Positions 9,145 through 19,200 of a stretch of DNA of 64,000 nt are shown in pieces. Below the pieces are notes generated by a model. The model was not told where the DNA came from, did no database searches, and was given only the letters and a program-made list of their open reading frames with translations. Numbering within the stretch: the first letter of the stretch is position 1; each line of letters starts with the position of its first letter. Origin of the DNA: an uncultured delta proteobacterium (GTDB lineage: Bacteria > Myxococcota_A > Polyangia > Polyangiales > Polyangiaceae). Where the stretch lies: assembly GCA_963782055.1 (NCBI GenBank), contig CAWAIF010000003.1, positions 2,816,001 through 2,880,000 of the forward strand, in the 5' to 3' direction. Position numbers and translations under genes: made by a program.

Positions 9145-9594
9145 CTACTTGTTCTTGCGTGGCCGGGCGGCCTCGCGCAGGCGCTCCAGCGCCTTGTTCA
9201 TCGCCACCACGTCCTTGGAGGGGACGGAGGCCAGCAGCTTCGCCTCGAAGGCGTCCCGCCGGCGCACGACCTGGTCGGCCAGCTTGCGTCCCTGCGTGGT
9301 GAGCGAGACGAGCGTGAAGCGGTGGTCGTCGGGGGCCGCCCGCCGCGCCACCAGGCCCTCGGTCTCCAGCTGCTTGACCTGGCGCGTGATGGCGGCGCCG
9401 TCGACGTTGAGCCGCTGCTGCAAGGTGGACTGCGAGAGCTCTTCCTTCTGCCGGAGGTGGGAGAGCAGGGCGAGGCGGGCCTGGCTCATCCCCGCCTCCC
9501 TCTCGAACGCGGAGGCCACCTCGTGGTAGGCGCGCGCGATGAGCTGCATGAACGACTCCCCGCCTCCATCCTTGCCCTTGTTCGGCTTCGCCAT
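9145..9594 (-). CDS. MarR family transcriptional regulator
   Basis: 'LSQSTLQQRLNVDGAAITRQVKQLETEGLVARRAAPDDHRFTLVSLTTQG' winged HTH. Confidence 0.9.
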   Translation of the reverse strand: MAKPNKGKDGGGESFMQLIARAYHEVASAFEREAGMSQARLALLSHLRQKEELSQSTLQQRLNVDGAAITRQVKQLETEGLVARRAAPDDHRFTLVSLTTQGRKLADQVVRRRDAFEAKLLASVPSKDVVAMNKALERLREAARPRKNK

Positions 9595-9723
9595 CCAGAG
9601 CCCCTTCCGGCGCTGAGCAGCCACTGGGAACCACTCAGATCCAACGCCGAAGAATCGGCGCATCAGCCACGGAAAGCAAGACTCAAGGCTCGCCTGCCAC
9701 ACTGCCCCGCGAGGCAAAATGCG

Positions 9724-9755
9724 AAAAACGCCCGGCCGAACGAACGACCGGGCGC
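9724..9755 (-). terminator. Rho-independent terminator after erpA
   Basis: On the minus strand: GCGCCCGGTCG-loop-CGGCCGGGCG followed by TTTTT. Confidence 0.7.
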
Positions 9756-9778
9756 AGGGTTTGGGTTGGAGGATCGGC

Positions 9779-10105
9779 TCAGACGGAGAAGGACGAGCCG
9801 CAGCCGCAGGAGCCCTTCACGTTCGGGTTGTTGAACTTGAAGCCCGAGCCGTGCAGGCCCTCGACGTAATCGATCTCCGTCTCTTCCAGGTACTGGTGGC
9901 TCAGCGGGTCGACGTAGAGCTTCACGCCGTTCGACTCGTAGGTCTCGTCCATCTCGCCGATGTTGTCCTCGAAGTAGAGGTCGTAGGTGAACCCGGCGCA
10001 GCCGCCGCCGATGACCCGGAGGCGAAGGCCCTGGCCCTCCAGATTCTCGGTCGCGGCGATCTCCTTGACCTTGTTGGCGGCTTTCTCGGTGATGCTGATG
10101 GTCAT
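9779..10105 (-). CDS. erpA: A-type Fe-S cluster insertion protein (ErpA/IscA, HesB family)
   Basis: GGGCAGFTY and CGCGSSF motifs; AAGGAG RBS. Confidence 0.9.
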   Translation of the reverse strand: MTISITEKAANKVKEIAATENLEGQGLRLRVIGGGCAGFTYDLYFEDNIGEMDETYESNGVKLYVDPLSHQYLEETEIDYVEGLHGSGFKFNNPNVKGSCGCGSSFSV

Positions 10106-10128
10106 CGGCTAGGTCTCCTTGCAACGGC

Positions 10129-10157
10129 AGTATAAGTTCGCCCGGCCGCGATTGCCA
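10129..10157 (-). promoter_or_regulatory. Candidate sigma70 promoter of erpA
   Basis: TGGCAA-N17-TATACT just upstream of the RBS. Confidence 0.45.
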
Positions 10158-10181
10158 GGGCCGGTGGTCGGCGGGATCCTC

Positions 10182-11444
10182 TCAGGTGCCGGAGGTGACG
10201 CGGACCACGGTCCCGCCGGCGTTGTCGCAGGTGACGAGGAAAGCGCCCGGGCCGGCGGGCACGAGGGAGGTCACCCCGCGGCCCCGGATGTGCGTGCACG
10301 GCGGCACGGGCATGCTGGACACCATGCCCCCCGGGCTGACCACGCCGACGACGCCGTCGGGAGTGGCGAAGGCGAGGGTGCCGGAGCGGTCGATGACGAC
10401 GCCGGTGTGCGCCGGCATGCCGAACGCGCCAGGACCGCCGTCGGGCGCCAGGACGATGGGCGGCGTCGAGAGCGGCACGCGCAGGGTCTCGGTGCCCGCC
10501 GGGTCGAGCGCGATCGCGAAGGTGTGGCCGGGCACCGCCGCCATGAGGTAGGCCGCCTTGCCGCGGAGCGCGACCGGACCGAGGTAGTAGCCGGCCCCGC
10601 CGATGGTGGCGCGCGGCACCGCGATGCCCTGCCGCGGGTCCATGGCGTAGAGGTGGCGACCTCCGACGACCGCGAGCAGGGTACCGTCCTCGGTCAAGGT
10701 GGCGCCCTGGTCGATCGCGCCGTCGAAGCTGCCGATGCGCGACGCGTCCCGTCCGGGCGTCCACGCGTAGACCACGCCCGTGCGCGCGGTGGCGATGATC
10801 TTGCCGCCCGCGGCGAGCAGGGCGCCGGTGAGCGGCTCCGGCGTGGCCGTGCGCGCGCGCACGTCGCCGTCGGCGTCGAGGACGACCAGCTCGTTGGTGC
10901 CGGCGACGGCCACGCCGCCGTCGTCGAGGGCGAGCGGGGTCACGAACTGGCCGGCGCCCACGCGCTCGCCGCCGAGGCGTGTCTGGAAGCGCGCCGCGTA
11001 GTGTCCGCCCGCGGCGTGGGTGTAGCCCCGTACCTCGTTCTGCGTCGTGACGAACACCACCGTGCCGTCGCTCAGGACGGCGGGCGGGCTGGTCGGACCC
11101 AGCCGCAGCGGCGCGCGGGCCAGCTCCTGTCCGTCCGGCGCGAGCCAGGTCAGGTCCCCGTGGCTGAGCACCACGATCTCCTTGTCGGTCACGATGGGCG
11201 GCACCTCGACCGGCGCGCCCGTCGTCACCTCCCACTCCTTGCGCAGCGGCGCGCGCGGGAGCGCCACGCGCGACAGACCGGAGCGGCGCGCGTCCACGCG
11301 CACGGTGGCCGCGGGCCCCTGCGGCACGCCGACGAGGATGGTCGACGGGTGGCGCGGGTCGGAGCGCTGCGCCAGCGCCGCGGCGGAGAGCGACGCGATC
11401 GCGACGAGCAGGACAGCCGCGCGCCCTCGTGCGGCGCGGGTCAT
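10182..11444 (-). CDS. Secreted PQQ-like beta-propeller repeat protein (BamB-like fold)
   Basis: Signal peptide (ALA-Q); repeated 'P.v..dG.v.v....l...' blades; ATGA overlap with the upstream gene. Confidence 0.7.
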   Translation of the reverse strand: MTRAARGRAAVLLVAIASLSAAALAQRSDPRHPSTILVGVPQGPAATVRVDARRSGLSRVALPRAPLRKEWEVTTGAPVEVPPIVTDKEIVVLSHGDLTWLAPDGQELARAPLRLGPTSPPAVLSDGTVVFVTTQNEVRGYTHAAGGHYAARFQTRLGGERVGAGQFVTPLALDDGGVAVAGTNELVVLDADGDVRARTATPEPLTGALLAAGGKIIATARTGVVYAWTPGRDASRIGSFDGAIDQGATLTEDGTLLAVVGGRHLYAMDPRQGIAVPRATIGGAGYYLGPVALRGKAAYLMAAVPGHTFAIALDPAGTETLRVPLSTPPIVLAPDGGPGAFGMPAHTGVVIDRSGTLAFATPDGVVGVVSPGGMVSSMPVPPCTHIRGRGVTSLVPAGPGAFLVTCDNAGGTVVRVTSGT

Positions 11445-13627
11445 CGCTTCGTCCCGGCGATGAGCAGGGTCGCCTGGAGCTCCGGCACCACCTTGCCGTC
11501 GGCGCCGGAGAACGGGCGCGTCACGCGCCCGTAGGCGCGGACCTTGTCGCCCGTGCGCGGCGCGGGCTCGCCGCCCCAGACCACGCGCGCGATGCACGGG
11601 CCGTGGGCGCAGCCGCGCTTGTCGTCGAGCACGATGACGGTCTGGTGGTGCGTCGTGCGCGCCTCCACCACGTCACCCTCGACCACCGCGGTCTTGCCGG
11701 CGTTGCCCGCGATGTCGGCGGCCATGGCGTCGTAGGCGAGGGGGGAGGTCTTCTCGATCGCCGCGGCCTCCTCGTCCAGGCTGGAGACTCGCTTCAGCGT
11801 GATCTTCGCCGTGCGCGAGGCCGGAGTGCTCTTGCCCTTCGCGGCGCTGCCCACGACGACGAAGGTGTGCTCGCCGGGCGCGAGATCGACCTTGGTCTCG
11901 AAGGTGCCGTCCGCCGCGGCCGGCGCGTCGGCGCCGTCCACCGTGACGTGGCCGCCCTTCGCGGTGCGGCCGGCGACCCAGACGCTCGCGGCGTCGGTCA
12001 CCATGCCTTCAGCCGGCGCGTCGAGGTGCAGCGGCACCACGCTCACCTTCACGGTCACCTCGCCCTTCTGCTCCTTGCCCTTCTTCGGGGTGACGACGTA
12101 GGGCAGCGTGCGCTCGATCGTGCGCGACACATCGGAGAGCCCGGTGACGTCGGCGGTGACGTCGTACGAGACGGTGGCCTTGCCGGAGGCGTCCAGCTTC
12201 ACCGGCTTGCCGTCCAGGGTGACCGACATGCCTGGCTCCGCCTCCACGTTCACCTTGATGGCGGGCGGGTCGGCGTTCACCGCGGAGACGTCCCCGCGGA
12301 TGCGGTACGAGACGGGGACCGAGAGCTTGACGGTCTCGTCGCGCCCGACGCCCGGCCGGTTCACCGCGAGCTGCAGGGGGTTTTCGCCGACGACGAGCGG
12401 GGAGGGGAGGTCCAGGTCCGCCTGGTGATTCTTGAACGTCGCCTTGGAGGCGCCGAGGGTGACCGCCGTGCCGTCCGCGCAGCTCTCGCAGGTGAGGTGG
12501 AGCTGCTCGTTGCCCTGCGGGCCGACCTGCGGGCTGGCGACGAGCGGGGAGCTGCCGTGCCAGAGCACCGCCAGCAGCACTCCGCCGACGAGCACGAGCG
12601 CCGCGATGATGCCCGCCACCACCGCGATGGGCGCGCCGCGCTTGCGGGTGATGACCGGCGGCGCGGGTGCGGCCTCGCTGAAGTTGAGCGGTGCGGGAGC
12701 GGGGACGATCGCCGGCAGTGGCTCGTCGGGCATGCGAGGCGCGGCGACGCCGAGCATCGTCTGGCCGACGCGCGGCTGGGCGGGCGCGGGCGCGGAAGAA
12801 TGCGTCGGCGCGATGCCGGGCACCGCGACGCCGAGCATCGTCCGCGAGCCCTGCGGACCGGGCGGCTGCTGGGGCTGCTGCGGCTGCTGCGGCGCGGACG
12901 CGAGCTGCGGGGCGATGCCGGGCATGGCGACGCCGAGCATCGTCTTCATCAACCCGGGCTGCGGCGCGGCGGGCTGCTGAGGTTGCGGCTGCGCGGGAGG
13001 TTGCTGCGTGAACGGCTGCGGCTGCGCGGGCGCGGGGGCCTGCGCCTGGGCGGCGCGAATGTCGGGAGGCGCGACGAACCCGAGCATCGTCTTGGCGGCG
13101 AGACCCCCGCCGGCGGGGGTGGAGGGCACCTGCGCCGGCGCCGGATGGGCCTGCATCGGCTGGGTCGGCGCGGGGGCGTGCGCGGGCTGTGCGGGCGGGG
13201 GGCCGGCCTGCGCAGGGGGTGCGGCGGACTGCGCGGCCTGTGGCGCCTGGAGGCCACGCAGATCGGGCGGCGCCATGAACCCGAGCATCGTGCGCGCGCC
13301 GGCGGCGCCCAGCGAGCCTCCTCCCGCCGGCTGCGCAGCAGGTGGCGGCCCGGCCTGCACGGGCTGGGCGGCAGGTGGCGGCGCGGCCTGCACGGGCTGG
13401 GCGGCAGGTGGCGGCGCGGCCTGGGCAGGCTGCGCGGGCGCTCCAGGTTGCGCGAGGGGGCTGGTGAAGCCGAGCACCGTGCGCGCGCCCTTGATGGGCA
13501 TGTCGGCTGCCGCCGGACGCACCGGTGCCGGCGCCGGCGCGCCTTCGGTCACCGCGCCGCACTGACCGCAGAACTTGGCGCCGTCGGGCAGCGCATTTCC
13601 GCATTGCGGGCACGTCCGTCCAGGCAT
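11441..13627 (-). CDS. Zinc-ribbon, Pro/Ala/Gln-rich, single-TM protein with periplasmic Ig-like domains and a C-terminal OB-fold-like domain
   Basis: CPQC...FCGQCG at the N-terminus; low-complexity linker; TM 'IAVVAGIIAALVLVGGVLLAVLW'; beta-rich periplasmic part ending 'GDKVRAYGRV'. Confidence 0.75.
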   Translation of the reverse strand: MPGRTCPQCGNALPDGAKFCGQCGAVTEGAPAPAPVRPAAADMPIKGARTVLGFTSPLAQPGAPAQPAQAAPPPAAQPVQAAPPPAAQPVQAGPPPAAQPAGGGSLGAAGARTMLGFMAPPDLRGLQAPQAAQSAAPPAQAGPPPAQPAHAPAPTQPMQAHPAPAQVPSTPAGGGLAAKTMLGFVAPPDIRAAQAQAPAPAQPQPFTQQPPAQPQPQQPAAPQPGLMKTMLGVAMPGIAPQLASAPQQPQQPQQPPGPQGSRTMLGVAVPGIAPTHSSAPAPAQPRVGQTMLGVAAPRMPDEPLPAIVPAPAPLNFSEAAPAPPVITRKRGAPIAVVAGIIAALVLVGGVLLAVLWHGSSPLVASPQVGPQGNEQLHLTCESCADGTAVTLGASKATFKNHQADLDLPSPLVVGENPLQLAVNRPGVGRDETVKLSVPVSYRIRGDVSAVNADPPAIKVNVEAEPGMSVTLDGKPVKLDASGKATVSYDVTADVTGLSDVSRTIERTLPYVVTPKKGKEQKGEVTVKVSVVPLHLDAPAEGMVTDAASVWVAGRTAKGGHVTVDGADAPAAADGTFETKVDLAPGEHTFVVVGSAAKGKSTPASRTAKITLKRVSSLDEEAAAIEKTSPLAYDAMAADIAGNAGKTAVVEGDVVEARTTHHQTVIVLDDKRGCAHGPCIARVVWGGEPAPRTGDKVRAYGRVTRPFSGADGKVVPELQATLLIAGTKR
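13329..13423. repeat. Coding tandem repeat, 33 bp x about 3 (PVQAAPPPAAQ)
   Basis: GGCTGGGCGGCAGGTGGCGGCGCGGCCTGCACG units starting at 13329, 13362 and 13395. Confidence 0.85.
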
Positions 13628-13771
13628 CGGTTTGTCCCCTATGCGTACGTCAAAGATCCGGGATGTCCAAGTCTCCCGTACGGTCGCGCCCGGGCGGGCA
13701 CGCTCCGTACCATGTGCAGTCTGCAACTGAAGCTTGGGCCGCGCCTCCGATGGGGGGTATAAGCCAAGGCC

Positions 13772-14950
13772 ATGAAGACGCGCTGGGTCCTTGGAGCCGT
13801 CATGGCCCTCTCGGCGGCGGCGGGGGCCGCCCTGCTCTCGTGCGACGGCGACGACACGCCGCCGGCCACCTTCCCCGATGCCTCGGCCGACGTGGTGGCC
13901 TCCGACGTGACCACCGACGCTCCGGACGTGGACGGTGGGTCCGACGCCGACGCCGGCGCCCGGGCGAAGGTCATCCTGGTGCACGCCTCCCCGGACGTGC
14001 CGGCGGTCCGCGTCTGCTTCGCCATCGGCACCAAGAACGATGGCTCCGACGCCGTGCTCGCGCCCTTCCCGCCGCTGCCGGACAAGGCGGTCGGTGCCCA
14101 GCCGTACCCAGGCGTCTTCCCCGGCACCGGCGGCACGCTCCCCGACCTCGGTCAGGATCTGTCCGGCAAGGTGGTGGTCCCCTACGCGGTGCTCGCCAGC
14201 AAGGTGTCGACCGACGTCGCGACCGACGGCGGCATCGCGCCCGTCGCGTGCGACAGCCTCATCGCCGGCGACGGCGGACTGACGCCCGGCGTGGACTACA
14301 TTCCGCTTCCGCCCATCCCGGCGGGCACGCTGAAGCCGGACACCACCTTGCTGCTGGCGGCCACCGGCTGCTTCCCCACGGCGGTCGACTCCAAGGCGAG
14401 CGCCGCCCTGTGCGGGGCCGACTACGACACGCAGAAGGGCAACGTGGCGATCAAGGGCTTCGTGCTCGATCGCGCCGTCGCCGACGCGCAGAAGACCGGC
14501 ACCCAGGCGGCGCACCTCTCCTCGCAGGTGCAGGGGCTGCTGCAGGGCGGCAACGCCACCGGCATCACCGTCGGCGTCATCGTCGCCGATGCGGGCGGCT
14601 ACCAGCCCGTCACCAGCAACGCCGATCCGGTCGCGTACGGTCAGATCAAGCCGGCCCCCGCCTCCGCGCTGTCCTTGCCGCCCGCCAGCTCCGCCGAGCT
14701 GTCGCTCGGCGTGCTGGACCCCGATGGGGGCCCGGCGCTGTCGGTCGTCGACGTGCCCTTCGCCTCCATCTACACCGCGACGACAGGCCAGACGCAGGGC
14801 GCGGACCAGTACTTCGTCGCCGGCGCCAACTTCACCTTCGTGATCCTCGGCGACCCGACCCAGCCGTTCGTCACCGACGCCGGCGTCAACGGCTACGGCC
14901 TCCACGTCCTCGCCTTCCCGAACAATCCGCCCGTCGCCAAGTACCCCTGA
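13772..14950 (+). CDS. Lipoprotein, DUF4397-like
   Basis: Lipobox LLSC; 'KVILVHASPDVPAVRVC' motif characteristic of DUF4397. Confidence 0.65.
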   Translation: MKTRWVLGAVMALSAAAGAALLSCDGDDTPPATFPDASADVVASDVTTDAPDVDGGSDADAGARAKVILVHASPDVPAVRVCFAIGTKNDGSDAVLAPFPPLPDKAVGAQPYPGVFPGTGGTLPDLGQDLSGKVVVPYAVLASKVSTDVATDGGIAPVACDSLIAGDGGLTPGVDYIPLPPIPAGTLKPDTTLLLAATGCFPTAVDSKASAALCGADYDTQKGNVAIKGFVLDRAVADAQKTGTQAAHLSSQVQGLLQGGNATGITVGVIVADAGGYQPVTSNADPVAYGQIKPAPASALSLPPASSAELSLGVLDPDGGPALSVVDVPFASIYTATTGQTQGADQYFVAGANFTFVILGDPTQPFVTDAGVNGYGLHVLAFPNNPPVAKYP

Positions 14951-15033
14951 CCTTCCCCAGCGCGGGCCCCATCGGCTCCGCGTCACGGGTCGCGAGGGGC
15001 GTGACGGACCGAGGCGGAGTATGGTGACGCGCA

Positions 15034-15876
15034 GTGCGCGCGTACGTGTTGGGAAGCGGGTCGAGCGGCAACGCGCTGCTCGTCGAGACCGAGGGTGTAC
15101 GCATCCTCGTCGACGCGGGGATCGGCCCGCGCGTGAGCGCCACGCGCCTGCACGCGCTGGGGTCCGACCTCTTCCCTCGCGGGGTGGACGCCATCGTCGT
15201 CACGCACCACCACGGCGATCACGCCGCGCAGCTGGAGCCCCTTTGCCGTGCCCTCGGCGTGCCCAAGGCGGGGCATGTACGCGACGGGGACGAGTCCGGC
15301 CCGCTCGTCTTCCTCCACGACGGCATCGAGGCGTCGCGCGTCCGTCATCGCTTCGCGGTCCGGCGCTTCGTCCCCGGCCACTCCTTCCGCGTCCGCGGCG
15401 TGGAGGTGCGCACCATGACGGTGCCGCACGACGCGCCGCAGGTCGCGGTGGTGGTGGCGACGCGCCGTCACGCCCTGGGGATGGTCACCGACATCGGCGC
15501 GGCGCCGCGCGGCCTGGTCGACTTCTTCGCCGCGTGCGACACGGTGCTGCTGGAGTCCAACTACTGCTCCGAGCTGCTGGAGGACGGTCCTTACCCCCTG
15601 AGCCTCAAGCGGCGGGTGGCGGGGGGCCTCGGGCACCTCGCCAACGACGAGGCGGGTCGGCTCGCCGCGAAGCTCGCAGGCTGCAACGTCTCGCGGGTGT
15701 TCTTGTGTCACCTCTCGCGGAGCAACAACACGCCGGAGAGGGCGCTTCGTGCGGTGCGGGACGCCGCGCCCGACCTGGCGGTGGAGGCCATCCCGCACGG
15801 GGAGCCGAGGCTGCTCGACCTGAGCCCTGGGAGCGCGCCGGGCAACGCCTACCGCCAGCTCACCCTCCCGCTCTGA
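15034..15876 (+). CDS. MBL-fold metallo-hydrolase (YycJ/WalJ-like)
   Basis: LGSGSSGNA, THHHGDH, VPHDA, LESNY, GHLAN, CHLS..NN motifs. Confidence 0.9.
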   Translation: MRAYVLGSGSSGNALLVETEGVRILVDAGIGPRVSATRLHALGSDLFPRGVDAIVVTHHHGDHAAQLEPLCRALGVPKAGHVRDGDESGPLVFLHDGIEASRVRHRFAVRRFVPGHSFRVRGVEVRTMTVPHDAPQVAVVVATRRHALGMVTDIGAAPRGLVDFFAACDTVLLESNYCSELLEDGPYPLSLKRRVAGGLGHLANDEAGRLAAKLAGCNVSRVFLCHLSRSNNTPERALRAVRDAAPDLAVEAIPHGEPRLLDLSPGSAPGNAYRQLTLPL

Positions 15877-15953
15877 GGTCCCCCACCGTCCCGCGGACGG
15901 CCCCGGCGAGCGTGAGGGTGGCGGAAAGGTCAAGCTGTGGCTAAAAGGCGCCC

Positions 15954-16238
15954 ATGAGCACCCGCACCGTCCACTGCCGCAAGCTCGGAAAAGACCTCCC
16001 CGGCCTGGAGCGCCCCCCCTACAAGAACGAGCTGGGCCAGAAGATCTACGACGAGGTCTCCAAGGAGGCCTGGGACATGTGGCTCAAGGATTCGGTGAAG
16101 TTCATCAACACCTACCGGGTCGACCTCGCCTCGTCGGAGGGGCAGAAGTTCATGTTCGACCAGTGCGCGATCTACTTCGGCTTCAAGGAGGGCGACGCGG
16201 CCCAGACGGCGTTCACCCCGGCCGAGGAGCAGAAGTGA
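15954..16238 (+). CDS. yggX: Fe(II)-trafficking / oxidative damage protection protein
   Basis: MSTRTVHCRKLGKDLPGL..PPY..ELGQKIY..VSKEAW..W is the YggX pattern. Confidence 0.93.
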   Translation: MSTRTVHCRKLGKDLPGLERPPYKNELGQKIYDEVSKEAWDMWLKDSVKFINTYRVDLASSEGQKFMFDQCAIYFGFKEGDAAQTAFTPAEEQK

Positions 16239-16242
16239 CCGC

Positions 16243-19200
16243 ATGAGCGCCGCCAAGTCGCCGCCGGGCCCGTACGCCCGCGTCGCGCGCGACGAGCTCG
16301 CGCTCGGCGTCGCCGGCTTCACCTGGGCCGACCTCTTCGACCCGCCGCGCCTCCGCGACCTGCACCAGGTCTTCGACGAGCAGTTCCGCGAGCGCGCCCC
16401 CGACGCATGGGCCACCTTCGACGCCTACCGCCGCTGCCAGGGCGAGGGGATGACGCCGGAGCAGCGCAGCGAGGCCCTGCTCGCCGCCGCCCCGCACGTG
16501 AGCGCCTTCCTGGCGCAGCTCTTCGCCGTGGGCGACGAGGTGGTCGAGGTCAAGGAGGAGGTCCACTCCCGCGACCCGCTGTGGCACTTCAAGAAGGACT
16601 TCGCGAAGAAGCGGGTCCTCAAGGCCGACGCGGGGCGGAGCTGGACGCACGGCGACGCCCTCGCCCACGAGGCCGCGCGCCTCGCCCTCCACGTCGTCAC
16701 CGAGACGGACGGCGCCGACGAGGAGCTGCGCGTCGCCGAGGGCACCCTGCAGGTGCTGGCGGTCGACGACGTCGCCCGCAAGGTGAAGAAGCAGGGCGGC
16801 GCCCAGTGGACCGACGAGCTGCGCGCGCGCGCCCGGGCGCTGCGCGAGGCGCTCGGGGCGAACGCCGAGCTCGCTCCCCTCCTGCCGCAGGGCGACGACA
16901 CCCTGGGCGACGTGGCCGGGCTGGTGCTGGATGCGCTGGAGCACGAGCTCGCCCGGCGCCACGCTGACCCCGCCGACCCTGCCTCGCGGTGGCCCTCCCT
17001 CCACCAGCCGCACAACCTGGACTACGCGCACCTGGTCCAGCTCCGCCGGCCCGACCCCAAGCTCCCCGAGCTCTTCGTCGGGCCCGAGCACGAGCGCCGC
17101 CAGCGTGACAGCTTCCGCCTGACCGACAAGCGCGGCAGCGCGCGGGAGGTCGAGCAGGAGGTGGACTACTGCCTCTACTGCCACGGCCGCGACAAGGATT
17201 CGTGCAGCAAGGGCTTCCGGGACAAGGGCGGGGGTTACAAGAAGAACCCCCTCGGGGTCGAGCTGCAGGGCTGCCCGCTCGAGGAGAAGATCAGCGAGAT
17301 GCACGTGATGCGCCGCCAGGGCGATGTCGTCGCGGCGCTGGCGCTGGTCACGGTCGACAACCCGATGACGCCGGGCACCGGTCACCGCATCTGCAACGAC
17401 TGCATGAAGGCGTGCGTCTTCCAGAAGCAGGAGCCGGTCAACATCCCGCAGGTGGAGACGCGCGTCCTCACCGAGGTGCTGACCCTCCCGTGGGGTCTGG
17501 AGATCTACTCCCTGCTCACGCGCTGGAACCCGCTCAACGTCCGGCGTCCCTACGCGAAGCCCTACAACGGCCGGAACGTGCTCGTCGTCGGCCTCGGTCC
17601 GGCGGGCTACACGCTGGCGCACCACCTGGCGAGCGAGGGCTTCGGCGTCACCGCGGTGGACGGCCTGAAGCTCGAGCCGCTGCCCTTCTCCCTGACGGGC
17701 GGCTACCCGGGCTCACCGGAAGACGGCGGCTACCTCCCGCCGGAGCCGATCAAGGACGCGCGATCCATCTACGGCCGCCTGGACGAGCGCATCCTGCTCG
17801 GCTTCGGCGGCGTGAGCGAGTACGGCATCACCGTCCGGTGGGACAAGAACTTCCTCACCCTCACGTACATGACCCTCGCGCGCAACCGGCACGTGCGCAT
17901 GTACGGGGGCATCCGCTTCGGCGGCACGCTCACCCTCGAGGACGCCTGGGACCTCGGCTTCGATCACGTCGCCATCGCCGCCGGCGCCGGCCGCCCGACG
18001 CTCATCGACATCAAGAACAACCTCGCCCGCGGCATCCGCAAGGCGAGCGACTTCCTGATGGCCCTGCAGCTGACCGGCGCCTACAAGAAGACCTCCATCG
18101 CCAACCTGCAGGTGAGCCTGCCGGCGGTGGTGATCGGCGGCGGCCTGACGGCCATCGACACCGCCACCGAGCTGCTCGCCTATTACTGCGTGCAGATCGA
18201 GAAGACGGTGGAGCGCTACGAAGGCCTGCGCGCCACGCTGAGCGAGGCGCAGGTGCGAGCCCTCTTCGACGACGAGGAGTGGGGCGAGATGCAGGAGCAC
18301 CTCGGCCACGGCCGCCAGCTCCTCGCCGAGAAGGCGACGGCGAAGCGGGAGGGCCGCCCGCCGAACGTGCAGCGCCTCCTGGACTCCTGGGGCGGCGTCA
18401 CCCTCGTGTACCGCAAGAGCCTCGCCGACTCCCCCGCGTACCGCCTCAACCACGAGGAGGTCATCAAGAGCCTGGAAGAGGGCGTGCGCTACGTGGAGGG
18501 CCTGTCGCCGACAGAGGCCGTCCTCAACGACTCCGGCGCGGTGCGCGCGATGAAGTTCGTCCGCAAGGACGGCTCGGTGGTGGAGCTCCCCGCGCGGACG
18601 GTGTGCGTCGCCGCGGGCACCAGCCCCAACATCAGCTACCAGAAGGAGCACTCGGGCAGCTTCGTCCTCGACGCCAAGAACCGCTACTTCCTCGCCCACC
18701 GCGCCGCGGTGGACGCCGCGGGCCACGTCACGCTGGCCCCCGCCGAGGACATCTCGGAGGGCTTCTTCACCAGCTACCTGCAGGGCGACAGGACCGTCTC
18801 CTTCTACGGCGACAACCACCCGCACTACGCGGGCAGCGTCGTCAAGGCGATGGCGAGCGCCAAGGACGGCTACCCGCACGTCGCCGCCCTCTTCCCGGAG
18901 ATCGCCCGGCTCGATCCGGCCGCTCAACCCTCGCGTGACGAGGCCCTCCGCGCGATGTTCGCCAAGCTGGACGATCAGCTCCTCGCGCGCGTCGTGGAGG
19001 TCAAGCGTCTGACCCGGACCATCGTGGAGGTCGTCGTGCGCGCGCCGATGGCCGCGCGCAAGTTCCACCCCGGGCAGTTCTACCGGCTGCAGAACTTCGA
19101 GACACGCGCGCCGGTCGTCGGCGGCAAGGACACCGCCGGCGCGGCGGGCACGCGCCTGGCGATGGAGGGCCTCGCCCTGACCGGCGCCTGGGTCGACCCG

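Noticed and set aside
13628..14986. N-terminal extension of the 1181-aa ORF 11441..14986
   Set aside because: Antisense to the DUF4397-like lipoprotein gene; the real start is the zinc ribbon at 13627.
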